Source of the DNA: Raillietiella orientalis | Lineage: Eukaryota | NCBI GenBank assembly: GCA_036172245.1 | Contig: JAYWIR010000002.1 | Span: 3,658,001-3,722,000, forward strand | Direction of reading: 5' to 3' | DNA: 64,000 bases | Shown: in pieces, positions 38,247-53,306 of the stretch | Layout: each line of letters opens with the position of its first letter | Numbering within the stretch: position 1 is the first letter of the stretch | Made by a program: the position numbers and the translations under genes | The notes under the pieces: model-generated | The model's database searches: none | What the model was told of the DNA's origin: nothing | The model's input: only the letters and a program-made list of their open reading frames with translations

Positions 38247-41200
38247 GTATGCAGCGTCCAGGACAACCGGGAGGAAAAGCGTGCACAGGGACGGCAGGAG
38301 ATCGCTCAAGCTGTACGTGAGAGTCCTGGGTTCTCGCACTGCACGCGGGCTGCCTCACGCACGCGCCCAAGAAAAACCAACGCGTCCTCTCGTCACCAAA
38401 TGCTCGCTTCAGCTTCCTCCTTCCTCCCATTCCAGGAGTCTCGGTTTTCCTGAGATCTTCAGCATCTGCATGTTCGTCTGTGGGGGCGTTTAACATCCCT
38501 CTCCCTCCTTTTCCCTGCATTTCACCGCTGCTCGTAGGTGCGTATCGGGAGAAATCCTTCCCCCACTGCCTCTACCCGCTCCGCTCCCCATCAGTTCACC
38601 AGGTCGAGTTTGCGAGACGCGAAGAGGGAATTGGCCCACTAGCCCACTGTTGGGCTCGTGGGCTCGGAGGAGCGTTTTTCCTCAGATACTCTTCCTGCAC
38701 CTTTGTCTCCCGTTTTCGTCCTGTTTCCCGCCTCCGAACACCCCATGGCCCCATCCTGCAAACTCCCTTCCCAAGAGCTTTAATCCACAATATTTTGAGT
38801 TTACATTCTGGAGTTTGGATTTCCGACTGGAGCTCCATTCCCCCAGCATTGCGAAAAACCCGACAACGGGACGGAAAAGATGCGTTGATTCTTCGGATCG
38901 ATTCCCGTAGGTGGAGGCTGCTCGAGAATGCTTCCTACATTGCTTTCCTTTGCAAGGGAGAGAGAAAGAAGGAAGTATGTACAGAAGAGGCAAGAAAATG
39001 GTGCAAACGCAATTTCGTCTTTTCTCTTCCAGCCTTTCTTTCGTGGCGTTGGTTTTCCTTTGTCTGCTTTTGAGATCTGACTGAGCGTTTAAGATCGAAA
39101 GTCATGTTCCCACCTCAGAACGAAGATCCCTGGGAAGTTCCGGCGTGTCAAGAGCTACCGTGTGCGTTCCCTTGTGGACTCCATCCCGCGGAACCTCCCC
39201 TGCTTGGAAAATTTCCGTCTCGCCTTTCAGCAAGCTCCATCGCGTGCCCCGCTCTCCCGAATCCGCACCTTGCTGCAGATTGCGAGCTTTCAGCGTTTTC
39301 AAAAGCAGGGCTGGCGATAACCGGAATGGTTCTCCTGAGGGCGAGAAATTCGATTAAGCAAATAAGATTTGATTACAAGAAACCCGCCTGCTCATTAGGC
39401 CTCTTCTGCACCTGTTCGTTTTAAACGTCCTTCTAATGCACGAGGAAGCAGCTTTCCTAATTTCCTCCCGGTTTGCTTCCTCTGTTCATGTTTTCGGTCG
39501 TTCACTCGATCCCGCTGCCTCGGGTACACCCGAAGGTGTCACTTTTTTGTTTTTGCGTTTCTTTCCTCTTTTAATTTGCACAAACACGGGGCAACGGACG
39601 TTTCAGTCGGCGCGCGCCCGTGTGACCTGACGACGGTTACGAAAGCGTTACACGGCACACGTCCCCCGTTGCCACGGCCGACACGCAAAGTAGCGATGCT
39701 GAACAGCAGGACACCTCAGGACACCTTTCCCTGACTTGAAATTCCGTGTTCGGAAAAAGGAAAGCGTCGGCTTCCTGGACAACTCTCCGATTTTGAGTTC
39801 AGACCGTTGGGAGCCTTTAAGTTCGGAGCTGAAGCGAATTCTTCCCGCGTTCCTCCCTGGTCTGCCATTTTTCAAGAAAAATCGTGTCTGCAAACTGCTC
39901 ATAATTTCAGCCGCAGGCAGAAAGCATTTCTTGCGCATGTGTTGCATGAGAATCATGCAGGAAGCCATGATCCTTATGCAACATACGCACTGCAGCCGTC
40001 CCGGGAAAGACCTCACGTGCCATAGAACGAACTCCATGTTTCATGTGAAGTGGTGTCATGCACTGCTCTAGGGGATGAAGAGATGGAGAATTGAGTGGTG
40101 AGAGATGGAGACTGGAAAGGCTCAAAAAATCTTGCGATCCATCACGACAAACTTGGCATCCCCGACCTGTTAAACCTGTTCCTTGGACCTGTTAAACCAC
40201 ACCCTGAAAATTCTTTACGAAGAGAGCATGTGGGGGAAACTTTTGACTTGAGTCCAGTCTTCCTGGTTTGACCTGGGACCACTTGGCAAGGACGTTCCCC
40301 CCTAGCAGTCAGGTGTTCACGACATACGAGTGGCACCGGGGTGCAGGTGACTCTTATATTTGAAGAGGCGCCTTTTCGCTGTTTCGTGTCTCGAGCTGTT
40401 CGCAGTGGCACACCTGCAAACGGAGTGAGGTGTGACAAATCAATGGTAACGGTTCTTCGTCCGTGGTGGGTAATCCCTACCTGCAGGTATTCCTCATGTT
40501 CGCTCGCAACTCGGCTGGAATCAGGAGAGCGAGGTCCGCTCTCAGAAAAGGTCACCTAGGATCCCATCCATCGTGCCCTTTGGTCTATCAACAAAGAGTG
40601 CATGGCACTCAGCTTCCCCGCTTCCCAGAGGTCGTGACCACGGGGCTCGCCGGCTGTTCGGCGACGGCCATCCGAGAATGAGGTTCGGGAGTAACGTGGT
40701 TTGGCTTGCTGCAGGAGCTCTTCGTCCATGGCCACCATCCTCTCGGCCCTCCCTGTGACGGTTACGTAGAGGCCACGCGCGCATTCACATACGAGCACTG
40801 GCGAAGACCTAGCGCATCCAGTAGGCAGTTCGCGAATCTCCTTGTTATCCCACCCCATCCCCAGGCGCAAGCGCGGCACGTCTCTGCTCTAGTACGGCTG
40901 CTGTTCCCTGCATAACGGCGGAAGATCTGAATGCTTCCTCGCACCATTTTTCCGCGTGAGCCAACGCCGACCGCGCCATCGTCATCACACTTTGGTGCCT
41001 CCTCCCCTTCTGGAGGAAACAAGCATTTTTGCCTCTTCTTGTGCAGGGCGCGAGAAGGCGAAAGGGCGACGGTCCCACTCCATTTGCTTCATGAATGCGA
41101 GAGCGCACGAAAGCAGTGGTAGCAGAGGACCCTTGCGGCACATGAGCGCGGTTCGCCCACCCTACTGGCAGAGACCTCTAAGTTCCCGTCTCCCCATCTC

Positions 41201-41259
41201 CCCATCTCCCTTTCTCCTGGAAATGGAATGACCCCCTTCTTCTCTTTCTCTCCCAGCAG

Positions 41260-42864
41260 GAGCTCCCCGGGGCGGTGGGTGGCTGATGGCGGAAAGAAAT
41301 TGGCAGCGAAGGTGCAGTCAGTGAGGGATGTCTTGGAGCAAATGTCCAAAGGAGAGTGGTGGGTGCTTGCCGCAATCCCCCCATCTCCTCCTCCCTCGCC
41401 CTCGCGCATGTGCCTTCCTCCCTCTCTTTCCCCCTTCCAGGGAAGACAAAGTCGTGGGGATCAAGTTCATCTCCAGCTGCTGCTCCTCGGATCCAGGCCT
41501 GGTGGGGGGCAGCTTCCGCGAGGTGAGCGAGGCGCTCTCCAGGGAGGTCAGCAACCTGCGCTCGCAGGTGTGCCACTGCGCGATCGTGACGATAGGGGAG
41601 CTCTTCCGCTGCTTCCCCAAGGAATCCGAAAGCGTGAGTAGGGCGCTCGGGGGGAGTGATGTGGAGGGAGGAGCAAAGAGGCTGCTACTGAGCCGGGAAA
41701 GGAAGTGGGTAGGAAGGGTGTGCACTCGCCCCCCCCCCCCTCCGTCCCTGCACCCCACTCCGAACACTGCACGCAGGAGCGAGTGGAGCGACTCCGCCGC
41801 TGATTGGCAGACTGGCCGTGCCGCGACTCTGTCTCCTTGGTATCTGTCGGCAACGGACGTTCCTTACCGACAACGGGTCCGGGGCCCTGAAGGGGGTGAA
41901 GCGGGAAAAGACCATTAGAAAAAAATAAAATAAAAGGGAGGGAGGGGGTGAGACACACATCAAAGGGCGCTCCTCCTGCACCTGTCCCCCAGGAGGTGGA
42001 TCGATTGGGCAAGCTGCTGCTGGACAGGACGGCCGACACCAACCGATTCCTCAGGGTGGCCTCGAACCGGTCCCTGGATGAGCTGGCGGACTCTGTGAGC
42101 GCACCCAAGGTGGTCGCGCTTCTCTTCTCCGAGGGAATGCCCCACAGGAATGCGGTTGTGCGTGCCGCGACTGCCAGGGTCCTCGACCGCCTCGTCGCGA
42201 ACGCCGGCTGCGAGAGGATCCTGAAGAGCGAGGACAGCACCAGGAGGGTCCTCTTCATGGCATGCCGATTCCTCCAGGAAGGGAGTCAGGAAACCAGGTG
42301 AGATCCCCCTGCTGCTGCCTTGAGCTCTCCGCCCCGGAGCGGCACCATCGGGCTCTCCCTTCGCCCCCTCCCCTTCCTTTGGACCACTCAGGAATCATGC
42401 GAAGGACGTCTTCCGCAAGCTGATGCAGTATCCGGGCCTGCGCAGCCAGCTGAAGGCGCACGTGCCGGAGAGCTGTCTGCGACCCATCAGCAAGACCCTG
42501 GAAAGTCTGGAAAGAGAGGTGGGTCTCCAGGGAGAAAGGGGGAGAGAGGAGAGGGGGTGAAGCTCGAGGAGTGGGGCTGCTGGATTCTGCAGCGCGCCTT
42601 TTCCTCCGCATCGCATGGAAGAAGAGGGGGAGGAGAAGAAGCCCCTCCAGGAGAGGCGAGGGCAGGGGCAGCGGCCCCCCTCCTGGAGCTAGGTCCCTTT
42701 TCTCCACCAGCTCCCCCAAGGCGTATTTCAGGGGCACCTCCTTTCTTCAGGTGCAAAGGCAGACGACGACAGCCCGGATGGCGACACTGAGGGCATCTCA
42801 GACGAAGACTCCGTCCCAGAAGGCTGGCAGCAGCACTTCCTTTAGTACGTCCGCGAGAAAATAA
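41260..42864 (+). CDS. TOG (CLASP_N/HEAT) domain exons of a TOGARAM/crescerin/FAM179-like microtubule regulator
   Basis: Exons 41260-41358, 41441-41633, 41993-42297, 42392-42518, 42751-42864 splice in frame to ...VLEQMSKGEWEDKVVGIKFI...EVSNLRSQVCHCAIVTIGELF...EVDRLGKLLLDRTADTNRFLR...HRNAVVRAATA...FLQEGSQETRNHAK... The WE-K, NLRSQV, N-FLR and H-NAVVR motifs match TOGARAM-type TOG domains. The stop TAA overlaps an AATAAA. Confidence 0.85.
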
Positions 42865-42865
42865 A
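42860..42865 (+). terminator. Candidate polyadenylation signal overlapping the stop of the TOG-domain gene
   Basis: AATAAA containing the TAA at 42862-42864, within otherwise GC-rich sequence. Confidence 0.4.
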
Positions 42866-45800
42866 CAGAAAGAATGGAAGGAAGAAAGAGGAAGAGGGGG
42901 GAGGGACAAGAAAGAAAGGGAGGAAGCTCAAGGGAAGCGGTCGAAGCTTCTGAGGTCGCTGTCGTCTCCCTCGAGCCGAAGCTCGAGGATTCCATAGTGA
43001 TTTGCACACCGAGTGCTCTGCCGGCAGCCGAGCCCTGCAGCGCACCCTCCCGAAGAGGGGTGCAGGAAAGAGAGGAACCTCAGGTCCCTGCCTCTTCCTC
43101 TGCCTCCAGCACTTCCTGACCTGTGCAGCCCTCCGTGTTGCGACTCTCGCCCTTCCACGCTGGCGACCCTCGGGGGTGGCGCAGGGCGTTTCTGCGTCGC
43201 TCGTCCGCGCGCCCGATCTGGCGGAAACTCTCCTTCACCCTTGAGATCCTCCCAGGGGTCGCAAGTGCCCTCTCTTCCTTCCCTGGGAGACGTGAATGCG
43301 CCAAATTCCTCAGTCTCCCAAACGCCTCTCAAACGGGCTCCGAAAGCTGTTGCCGGGCGTGACACCTGGCGTCGCGTCTCCGTTTCGGTCTCCGTTGGAA
43401 ACGCTCGCCGTTTGTGGGCGTCGCACGGGAGCGGTCGGCACGTCGTTCTCCCTGCCACGTGAATAACAAAAACGCAAGTTATAAAAATTGAAGGACACAA
43501 GCGCTGATCATTATTTCAATTTTTTTTCTCTACTGCATTTGCGCTTTTTATGTTTCCGTTTTCGTCCCCATGGTATTTGGTTGTTGCATCTGAAAGAACC
43601 AAAGAATTCTATTATGCGCCATGTGATGCACAGCAGCATATTTTTAAATATCATCACCATTTTGTTATCAAGTTTATCATCATGATTCAACCCCAATTAA
43701 GAATATTTGCACACATGCATATCCTTACAATGCACGGGCTACTTGAACCACTTTACGAATACAGCCTAACTTTCAGCGATTAGAGTATTTTTGACATGCT
43801 TATCACTGATAAAATCTTTGCGAAAGATAGTAATATGCGCAACTATTGATAGCTTTCGTAGTCAATTGTGAAACTGGGCCGTAGCGGCTATCAAATCAAC
43901 CTGACTGTAAACTGAAAGGCCTGTTAGCTGTTTTTGTGAAGCTCACTTTTAAAATATTTATCGATTATATATTCCATTAACACACGGAACATTACTATTA
44001 TTGGAATGAAAAATATCAGACCCATAATCTGAATATGAAACGCCTGTGGAATAATCACAGTCGGATGTGTATGAACTCTTTTTGTATTAATAAAGGAAAT
44101 CATATGTTTGAGTCTACTAATTGTCCAATACCTCGAGCCAATCCAATTATAAGCTATAAAGGAAGAGATTTCATAACAAAATCAACATTACTTCCTACCG
44201 CTTGAAGGCGATGCTTCTCTTCCGCACTGCACCCTAAGTGAAGCTGAATCTTGGATAGGGAGATTCCATAGTGATTTCATATCGAAAGTGTATTTCATAA
44301 CAGTTACTGTTGCACACTGCTCCGTTCTATATTCTATAAGGTTACATATCAACCTCAAATCTCGAATTCTCGAATCCTTAAAAGAAGACGAGCGGAAGAT
44401 TCTGAGACTCACGGGAACATGTCATGGACGTGGAAGCTGTGCAGCCACTGTGGTCCTGCAATCACCCTGGCTCTCTACTCGAGTCTCCGTGAGTGCAGGA
44501 ATCCCTCTGGGAAGGAAGAAAAAAGACGTCGTTTTCGTGTCTTCCGAGAGAAAGTGCTCGTGAAACAACTGCGCGTGGGATGAATTCCTGAGACTAGGGG
44601 GGCCCTCTCCTTAGGAGTGCTTCCTCGTTCCTACCAGGAAGGATCGCAAGAGCTTAAAGCGACTACCAGTAGCGACGGAACGTCCAGGACGTCGTTTGGT
44701 GTTTGTGGGAGCAGCAACGTGGTCTGCGGTTCAGTCCAGATCCATTGCAGAAGAGTACACCTCTGTTCCCAACCTCGCTGTCGAAGTGTCGCTATTGAGA
44801 GGTCGGATAGTCTCCGAGTCGGATTGCCCTCTTCAAATAGAACACTTAATGAGAAACATAAAGAGAGGAGAGTTGATATCAAAGACAGAACGCTGGACTG
44901 AGGATCGTAAGCATCTTGCAGCCGGCACCTTTCTCCTTTAGGTGAGCATCCCTTTGGTGACCTGTAAACTCCAACTCTGGAAAAATTCACTTCAAGGAAG
45001 GAGTCTCACTTCCACCTCGCGGTCAAAAAGAGCTGGACCGAGAGCAGGATTCTGCAAGTGGCTCACGTTCTTTGCCCACTCGATAAAATAGTGGATACCC
45101 TGAAGAGCAGAGTAGCTATTAGTGAATGCAATGCATTCCGAGTTTGGTCTCCTTTGAATCGGTGGTTCTTTGTCAATGCATCCTTTCCGGATCTTGCGCG
45201 AAGCTGCCTTGCTCTGTACTCACAGTGAAAGTGAAGACTTCAAATAGCAGGCGGAGTCTCATCAGAGATCCTGCCTTCAAATGAGAATCCTGAGCAACAG
45301 TTTTCGTCGCCGTTCAGTTTCTGTTCCTGCTTTTCTTGCTTTTTGTTGCAGCTCTCCTTGGACCTCATGGAGAGCGAGAAGACGGAGAAAGGGAGAACCT
45401 AACAAAGTAAACGGTGAGAAGCATCCTAACAGAGTAACAGAGTAAAGGTGAGACACATTCTCGAGAATGATGTTCAGAGCATCTAGCGTTCCTTCTAGGT
45501 ATCAAAAACTCTACAACAGTGTTTTCTATGCGATCATCCAAAGTGAAGTATCTGAAGCTATGGAACTTCACAATGCTAGATGTGATCCAGCTAGCTTATA
45601 AGCCGAAGAGCTCGCCAAACTTTCAGCTGTCATATATTCTCATCATTCGGCTGGTCCAACTGAAGACGCAGAATTCAGACCAGCATAAGGAAAGACCATC
45701 ACAGGTCGTTATAACGATGTAGGTTATATGATTAAGAGTTGAATACCACACTCTCCTTAAATAGAAACAAATGCAGATAAATTTAGCTTCGTTGCAAAAT

Positions 45801-48679
45801 ATAACTGCTGCTACATGGAAGAAGAATTGAGAATTAGAGATTAAAGTTTTTAACAGATAAAAAATCTCATTACCTGTACTATCTTCTATTGGCTCAGTTA
45901 CTTGCCTATAATTTTGCTAAATTTCTTCATTTATCGTCCAGCATTTCTTCAAATCAAAGCACAGTCGTAATGCGGTAAGAGACATACATATTTTTATGTT
46001 CTCTGACAAGAAAAATGTATGGAAATCAATCGATAGAAATACTTATGACTTTTCATGTGATTAATTTGCTTTGAAATTTCCGTTTTCCGTGTCCAAAGCT
46101 TTTAGATTTTCGTCCTTAGCTTTCAGAGCTATTGTTGACCATGTCTTCAAACCTTATCTTCTCCGTGTGAAGATGTTATCATATGGGAACTTAAAAGTTC
46201 ATGAGCCTTCGTTTTGAAATTATTGTTTATTACATTTGTATTGCATTTACTTTTAATTGCATCTTTTATTTCTTTTTATTAGATTCTAGAAAAGTCGCTG
46301 CAGATGCAGATGGAATTTATATTCACTGAGTTACTTTGTATGATTGAAGGATCTGACCAGTGCCCTTCTTAATCCATAACTCCATTAAATTTTTAGCTTG
46401 ATTTTTTATCATCAATCCTTTATGGTTTAAGGATTCAAATTCAGTTCCCCATCATAAATGCTTCGTTTGCTGTTTTCTAATTATGCATTTCCCTTTTTTA
46501 CCTTATGATGACAGATACATATAACCTCCTATTTTCTTAATAAGATGTTCCACGAAAATAGGAATCTTGAACAAAAGTGAGACAAAGTCTGGAATTCAAC
46601 GTCCACAATCCATTGTGTTTTTGTGTTTACCTGCAAAACAGTTTTAATGAATTTGATTTGAACAATTGGACTTTGAAAAGGCAAAGTGCTTTTTCCTTTT
46701 TTTCATTGTCTTGGATTTCGAAGACTTCCATGGTCACTTTGATTTCTATGTAATTCTATGGATTTACTGTATTTTCTTCTATCTTTAAAGCTTTTTCGTC
46801 ATTTTCGGAACCTGGGTTTGAGTGTGTCTGATTAACATTCAAACCTCTGACCGTTAACTAGCTACAGAAATTGGATCAACATGATGATTACTAAATTTTC
46901 TTCGTCCTTGAGATTAGCATTTAATTATGACTATTACTAAATCCATCGATAAATCATTAAGTACTTCATTAGAGTACTCATTCTCTTCTGAAAATAATGG
47001 TTTCCATGATATTGCTTTATGAAGGAGAAGAAATGTATAAATTTCACTTGTACTACTACGAAGCAGCAATTGGAATAGATGTATTTGCCTTGTTTGTCCA
47101 TAAACCACATTTTAATTCCATAAACTACATTATGTTTGACTGGCCATCCTGCTCCTAAAACAATGTGAAGACTATGTTTACTTTTCCAGTTAGGACAGAA
47201 ATGCGGTAGAAGCGGATGTGTCCTTTGAACATATACAAAGTGGACACGAGAGAAAATCTTTGTGACCAGTAATGTAAATTTGGTTGCAGACGAAGTTGTT
47301 TTTCTCGCCGTAAACGTATGCAAGGCATCAAACCAGAACTTCCTTATTCCTTTTTTTTTGATAACAGATTAATTTCGAGGATATGAAAGGAGAAAGAACG
47401 AAACCACTTTTGCAGAATTTGGAATATCCTTGTGAGACGTGATTTTTCGGTACCTCCATTGTAGGAATTTGAATTCGTGTTATCAAGTTATGTTGTGTCA
47501 GTACTTTTCCATTCGTCGTTTCGTTTTTCTGTTGTCTTTTAAATAGGGCTTCGTTTGCAATATATTGATTATACTGTAGAAGTTTGTAAGTTCCAAGTTC
47601 GAAACATTAAAAGAATCCTTTGGCTTTGTTCATGTTTAATATTTTTTACTAAATCCCAAAGAGCAATTTGAGTTTCCCCCTATTTTGAACTTCAGTGAAC
47701 GCAGTTCCTGGAAACCCCTATTCAGTCATCAGAAAGGCAAACTGGGATGTTGCAGAAAATGAGCTAAAATTATATACAAATAAGAAATACATTTTTTGGA
47801 AGAATTTCTTCTTCAGTTGATTTGAATTACTAAGAATCTTGAGGAAAGTTCATGTGTTTAGGGGAAAAAATGATTATTCACAATTGTTCTATAAAGCAAT
47901 CACGTGCTTGTGCAAAACGGCAATGAAAACTCCCATTTAAACATTTGTACTTGTTCTTTTAGTCTAGAACTGAATTTCTTTCAGCATCTGTGTGTATGCT
48001 ATTTGTTGATTTTAAGATTGAAAACATATGCATTAATTAAATATAGAAACCAATAAAGGAAACCCAAAACGTAAGTGATGACATTTTAATTCATTCTCAA
48101 TTTATTATGGATGAATTTTTGTATGGTTATTAATTGATTTTGGTAGACCCATTCGTTCTTGGACTGTTTTGTCATTTTAATTACATTCAAAGTAGGAGTT
48201 TTAAAGTAAACTCAATTTACAATATACAATATTCAAGTATTTATGGAGTGAAAAATCTATTTTGCAGTTATGTTAGTTTTGATACAAAGAACCAAGCTTG
48301 ACAAGGACTGATAATGAAAAGAAAAAAAAAAAAAACCTTGCAAGATACATGATTAAAAATAAGTGTATGCACATAAAAACATATAATGCATGTTTAATTG
48401 TTTGTAATTTTTTAATTTTTCCGTATAGTTATCAATTTTAGTTACTGGATAAAACATTGCCCCAAATTAGATGAATGTTTTCAATACATACATGTAAGTG
48501 TACTAAAGGTTTACTTAGAAATACTAAAAAATGATATTGTAGTGTGCAGTCCTTTTATGCATGATTAATTCACCTTCTAGATCAGGTTACCCATATTCTG
48601 CTCGATCCACCAATGGTAATAAAGTAACCGTGAATTATTGAAAGATCTAATGGAAAAACACATTAAACAACTGTGTTAA

Positions 48680-50584
<1,905 letters not shown>

Positions 50585-50587
50585 ATC

Positions 50588-50593
50588 AATAAA
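50588..50593 (+). terminator. Candidate proximal polyadenylation signal of CDK8
   Basis: AATAAA 3 nt after the TAA stop. Confidence 0.35.
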
Positions 50594-52700
50594 TAGCCAT
50601 TTATTGCTATCACATTTAAAACCAGAGTTTGAAAACACGATCCTCATATGCAATTTTGCCAGTACGCAGGAGTTGCTCTTTGTTCATCTGAAACAGTTCA
50701 CTGCTGACTAGTGCACACCTTATTTACTTACGTGGTGTGTTTGCATGCCATAAGATATTAGTACTACTGGAATAATATAAGCAAAGAGCAAAACGCCACT
50801 CGTCAAATAAGTAGGACGAAAACGTTCTGTGACAGTTGATCTCATAGCCATAAATCGCAGAATAGCAGGATCATGCTGAAAGGAAATAGTGTGAGCAATT
50901 AAACTGTGACTCTGCTACTATGAGTGTCATTCCTGATGCACTTAGATGTACTAACTCTTGGTACAGAGTTTGCAGTAAAGCTGTTCCTTATGAACAAAAT
51001 ACATTACATGCATGCTGTAACTTTTCTTTTGCGTGACTTGTCCACCATATACAGGTACTTTTGAATTCATTTTACATTCCTGCCCATAGCTGTTGCCCTT
51101 AAATGTTTTTTACTTTTATAAATATTTAAAGAGTGTCTTCAGTTGGCAGTTACTTTTCACATTTGCCATCATGACTACACTATATTTAAATAAGTTTTTA
51201 GGTCTTCAGCTGAGATTCCCTAACTTTCAAAAAAAACTAATGTCACAATAATTAAATATCCATTATTAGTTGTTGTTGCCTTTTGTGCAACATGAAACAG
51301 GATAACTGTTTGAAATTGGAATTGGTTTGAATGTTCCTTTAACCTTCCGGTTTTCACGATTCTTGGCTTTGTGACGCTAGAATTCCAGTTTTAAAAAAGT
51401 GCCAAAAACAACTCCATGGTGATCTAATTCATTTGTTCCTTGATTTATGTTTTGAATGATCTACATTCAAGAAACAAACTTTCTTCTCAACAAGAATTTT
51501 TGGGGGGGGGGAAGGGGGGGTAGACACTCCACCTGTAACAGTTCTCATTATCATAAAGCCCTTACTCAATTAAAGATACTTCACAAGAGTCCACAAGGGT
51601 GCACTGTATTTTTCCTTAGATTTATTGTATATTCTTATTCATACAATGATCCCAAACATCAATGATGATAAATCGATAATGTTCAATCCAACCACTTGGA
51701 TTTTACTTTATTTTTCATTTCATCTTTTAAATCTCTTTAAGAACTTTACATGACCTATTAGTTACTCCTATAAGTTTTGAAACAATTGTGCAAAATTTAA
51801 TTTACAATTTAAAAACAGAACACTAAAACTGAGGAAAGCGAATTCTAAATAAAATTAGAATTTATTCTGAAATACTTTGTTAGAACAGAAACTTTTAAAA
51901 GAATTTCTTTGAAAGAATTAAAACAATACAAAACGCATCGTTCATTTAAATAATTAACAAAATACGTAGGAATTCATAAAAATAAAACAGAATCCTCAAG
52001 TTGAATTTCTACAGATCCACTTTCACAATGAATCACTTTTGCAATCCATGACTTAATAACAGTTTTCTGACTTGATAATTCACATACTACTACTGAGCAA
52101 TAACTATAACTGCTTTATGCTTTTCTTTCTTCTTTTCTATTTGAGTGATTTTTTCCTTTTTTCCTCAATTGGATTCATTATAATCAAGATTATCAAAATA
52201 ATCATAAAATTCCTGTACCTTAATTCTCCTAAACACATTTACCATGTAGTAATTTAAATACATAACCTAAATAGCCACATACATGAAAGTAACTAAATAG
52301 AATTACATTGGTTTTTCACTTTTTTTCATTATCTCCAGTCAGATACCAAGAAAATATAACAAACTTTCTGGGAGAGCTTTCTGAAGTTCAGGGAAGTTCT
52401 CAAACTGAAATAAGTAAATACCACAACACAAAAAATGGAGCTACATTCCAAAAACGGCTCAGTGTGTGCTGACATAGGAAAATTAATGATTACTTTCTTC
52501 AGAATTCCTCAAGAACATGTCAAAAAAAAAACCTGTTTTTTCTTTTTCTTCATTTACTGTCCCTTAATCATTTGCAGACTTCAAATCATTATCAAACAAT
52601 TGATTTCAAAATAAACAGGGCATAACTGAAAATACATGGTATCACAATAATGTCAACAAAACACTAATGTGCACAGACTAAGAATGGAAAGACCGAGACC

Positions 52701-53306
52701 GTAATTTCTGGTGAGACGTTTTTGTTGGACTACTTCTCCACACAACAAACTTAATTGTGGGCAGGAGCCGTGACAAATAAATAAACGTTTTTACTAATGA
52801 GCTTTGTCACAAAGGAAATCCTGTATAATAAGTCATACAGTGCTATAAAAGGCGTGGTATTTGACGCCATGTTGACATTTACCCAAAGAATTTCTGAACA
52901 TGCTGACTACTTTAATAAAGTCCATTTCACGCAAATTTAATGTTACATACCCTGAAAAAAGGAACAGAATCGAAAATCAACTTGCAAGAGATACACAAAT
53001 AAACGGACGTGCACGTGCGGGTATATAATTTTTCTGGATTTTTTGGAGTGCTCTTAAACGTGTCTACCTACAAAGACTTATTAATACAGGGTGATGGCTG
53101 AGAAAACAGTGCTAGTTGAGCACCAGTGCACATGAGACACTAAAAACAAAGAACAAAAACAAATGACTTGATGAAACTCTGCTTACATATACTCCAACTC
53201 CTTTTGTAATTTTGAATGGGTCATCCATTTTCTTGCGAAACTCATATTTGAAAGCTTCCCTTAGCTTTCTACGTTTTTCCGTTAACACAATATCCTCTCG
53301 ATCCAT
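52701..53306 (-). pseudogene. NDUFB4 (complex I B15 subunit)-like locus, apparently interrupted
   Basis: Exon 53306-53187 reads MDREDIVLTEKRRKLREAFKYEFRKKMDDPFKITKGVGVY and ends at a gtaagc donor, resembling the NDUFB4 N-terminal LR..F.K...NP pattern. After acceptor 53098 the frame reads PSPCINKSL*VDTFKSTPKN (cf. DPA...FKPTPK). A GEVVQQKRL segment at ~52739-52713 resembles the C-terminus. No clean transmembrane-bearing ORF links these pieces. Confidence 0.5.

Noticed and set aside
39300..40560. GC-poorer patch in the 3-kb TOG intron with duplicated gacctgttaaacc, as a possible inserted element
   Set aside because: No TIR, LTR, TSD or coding similarity that I can support.
44180..45760. Intermediate-GC block as a possible decayed retroelement
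   Set aside because: Only short unrelated ORFs; no RT, integrase or recombinase motifs recognised.
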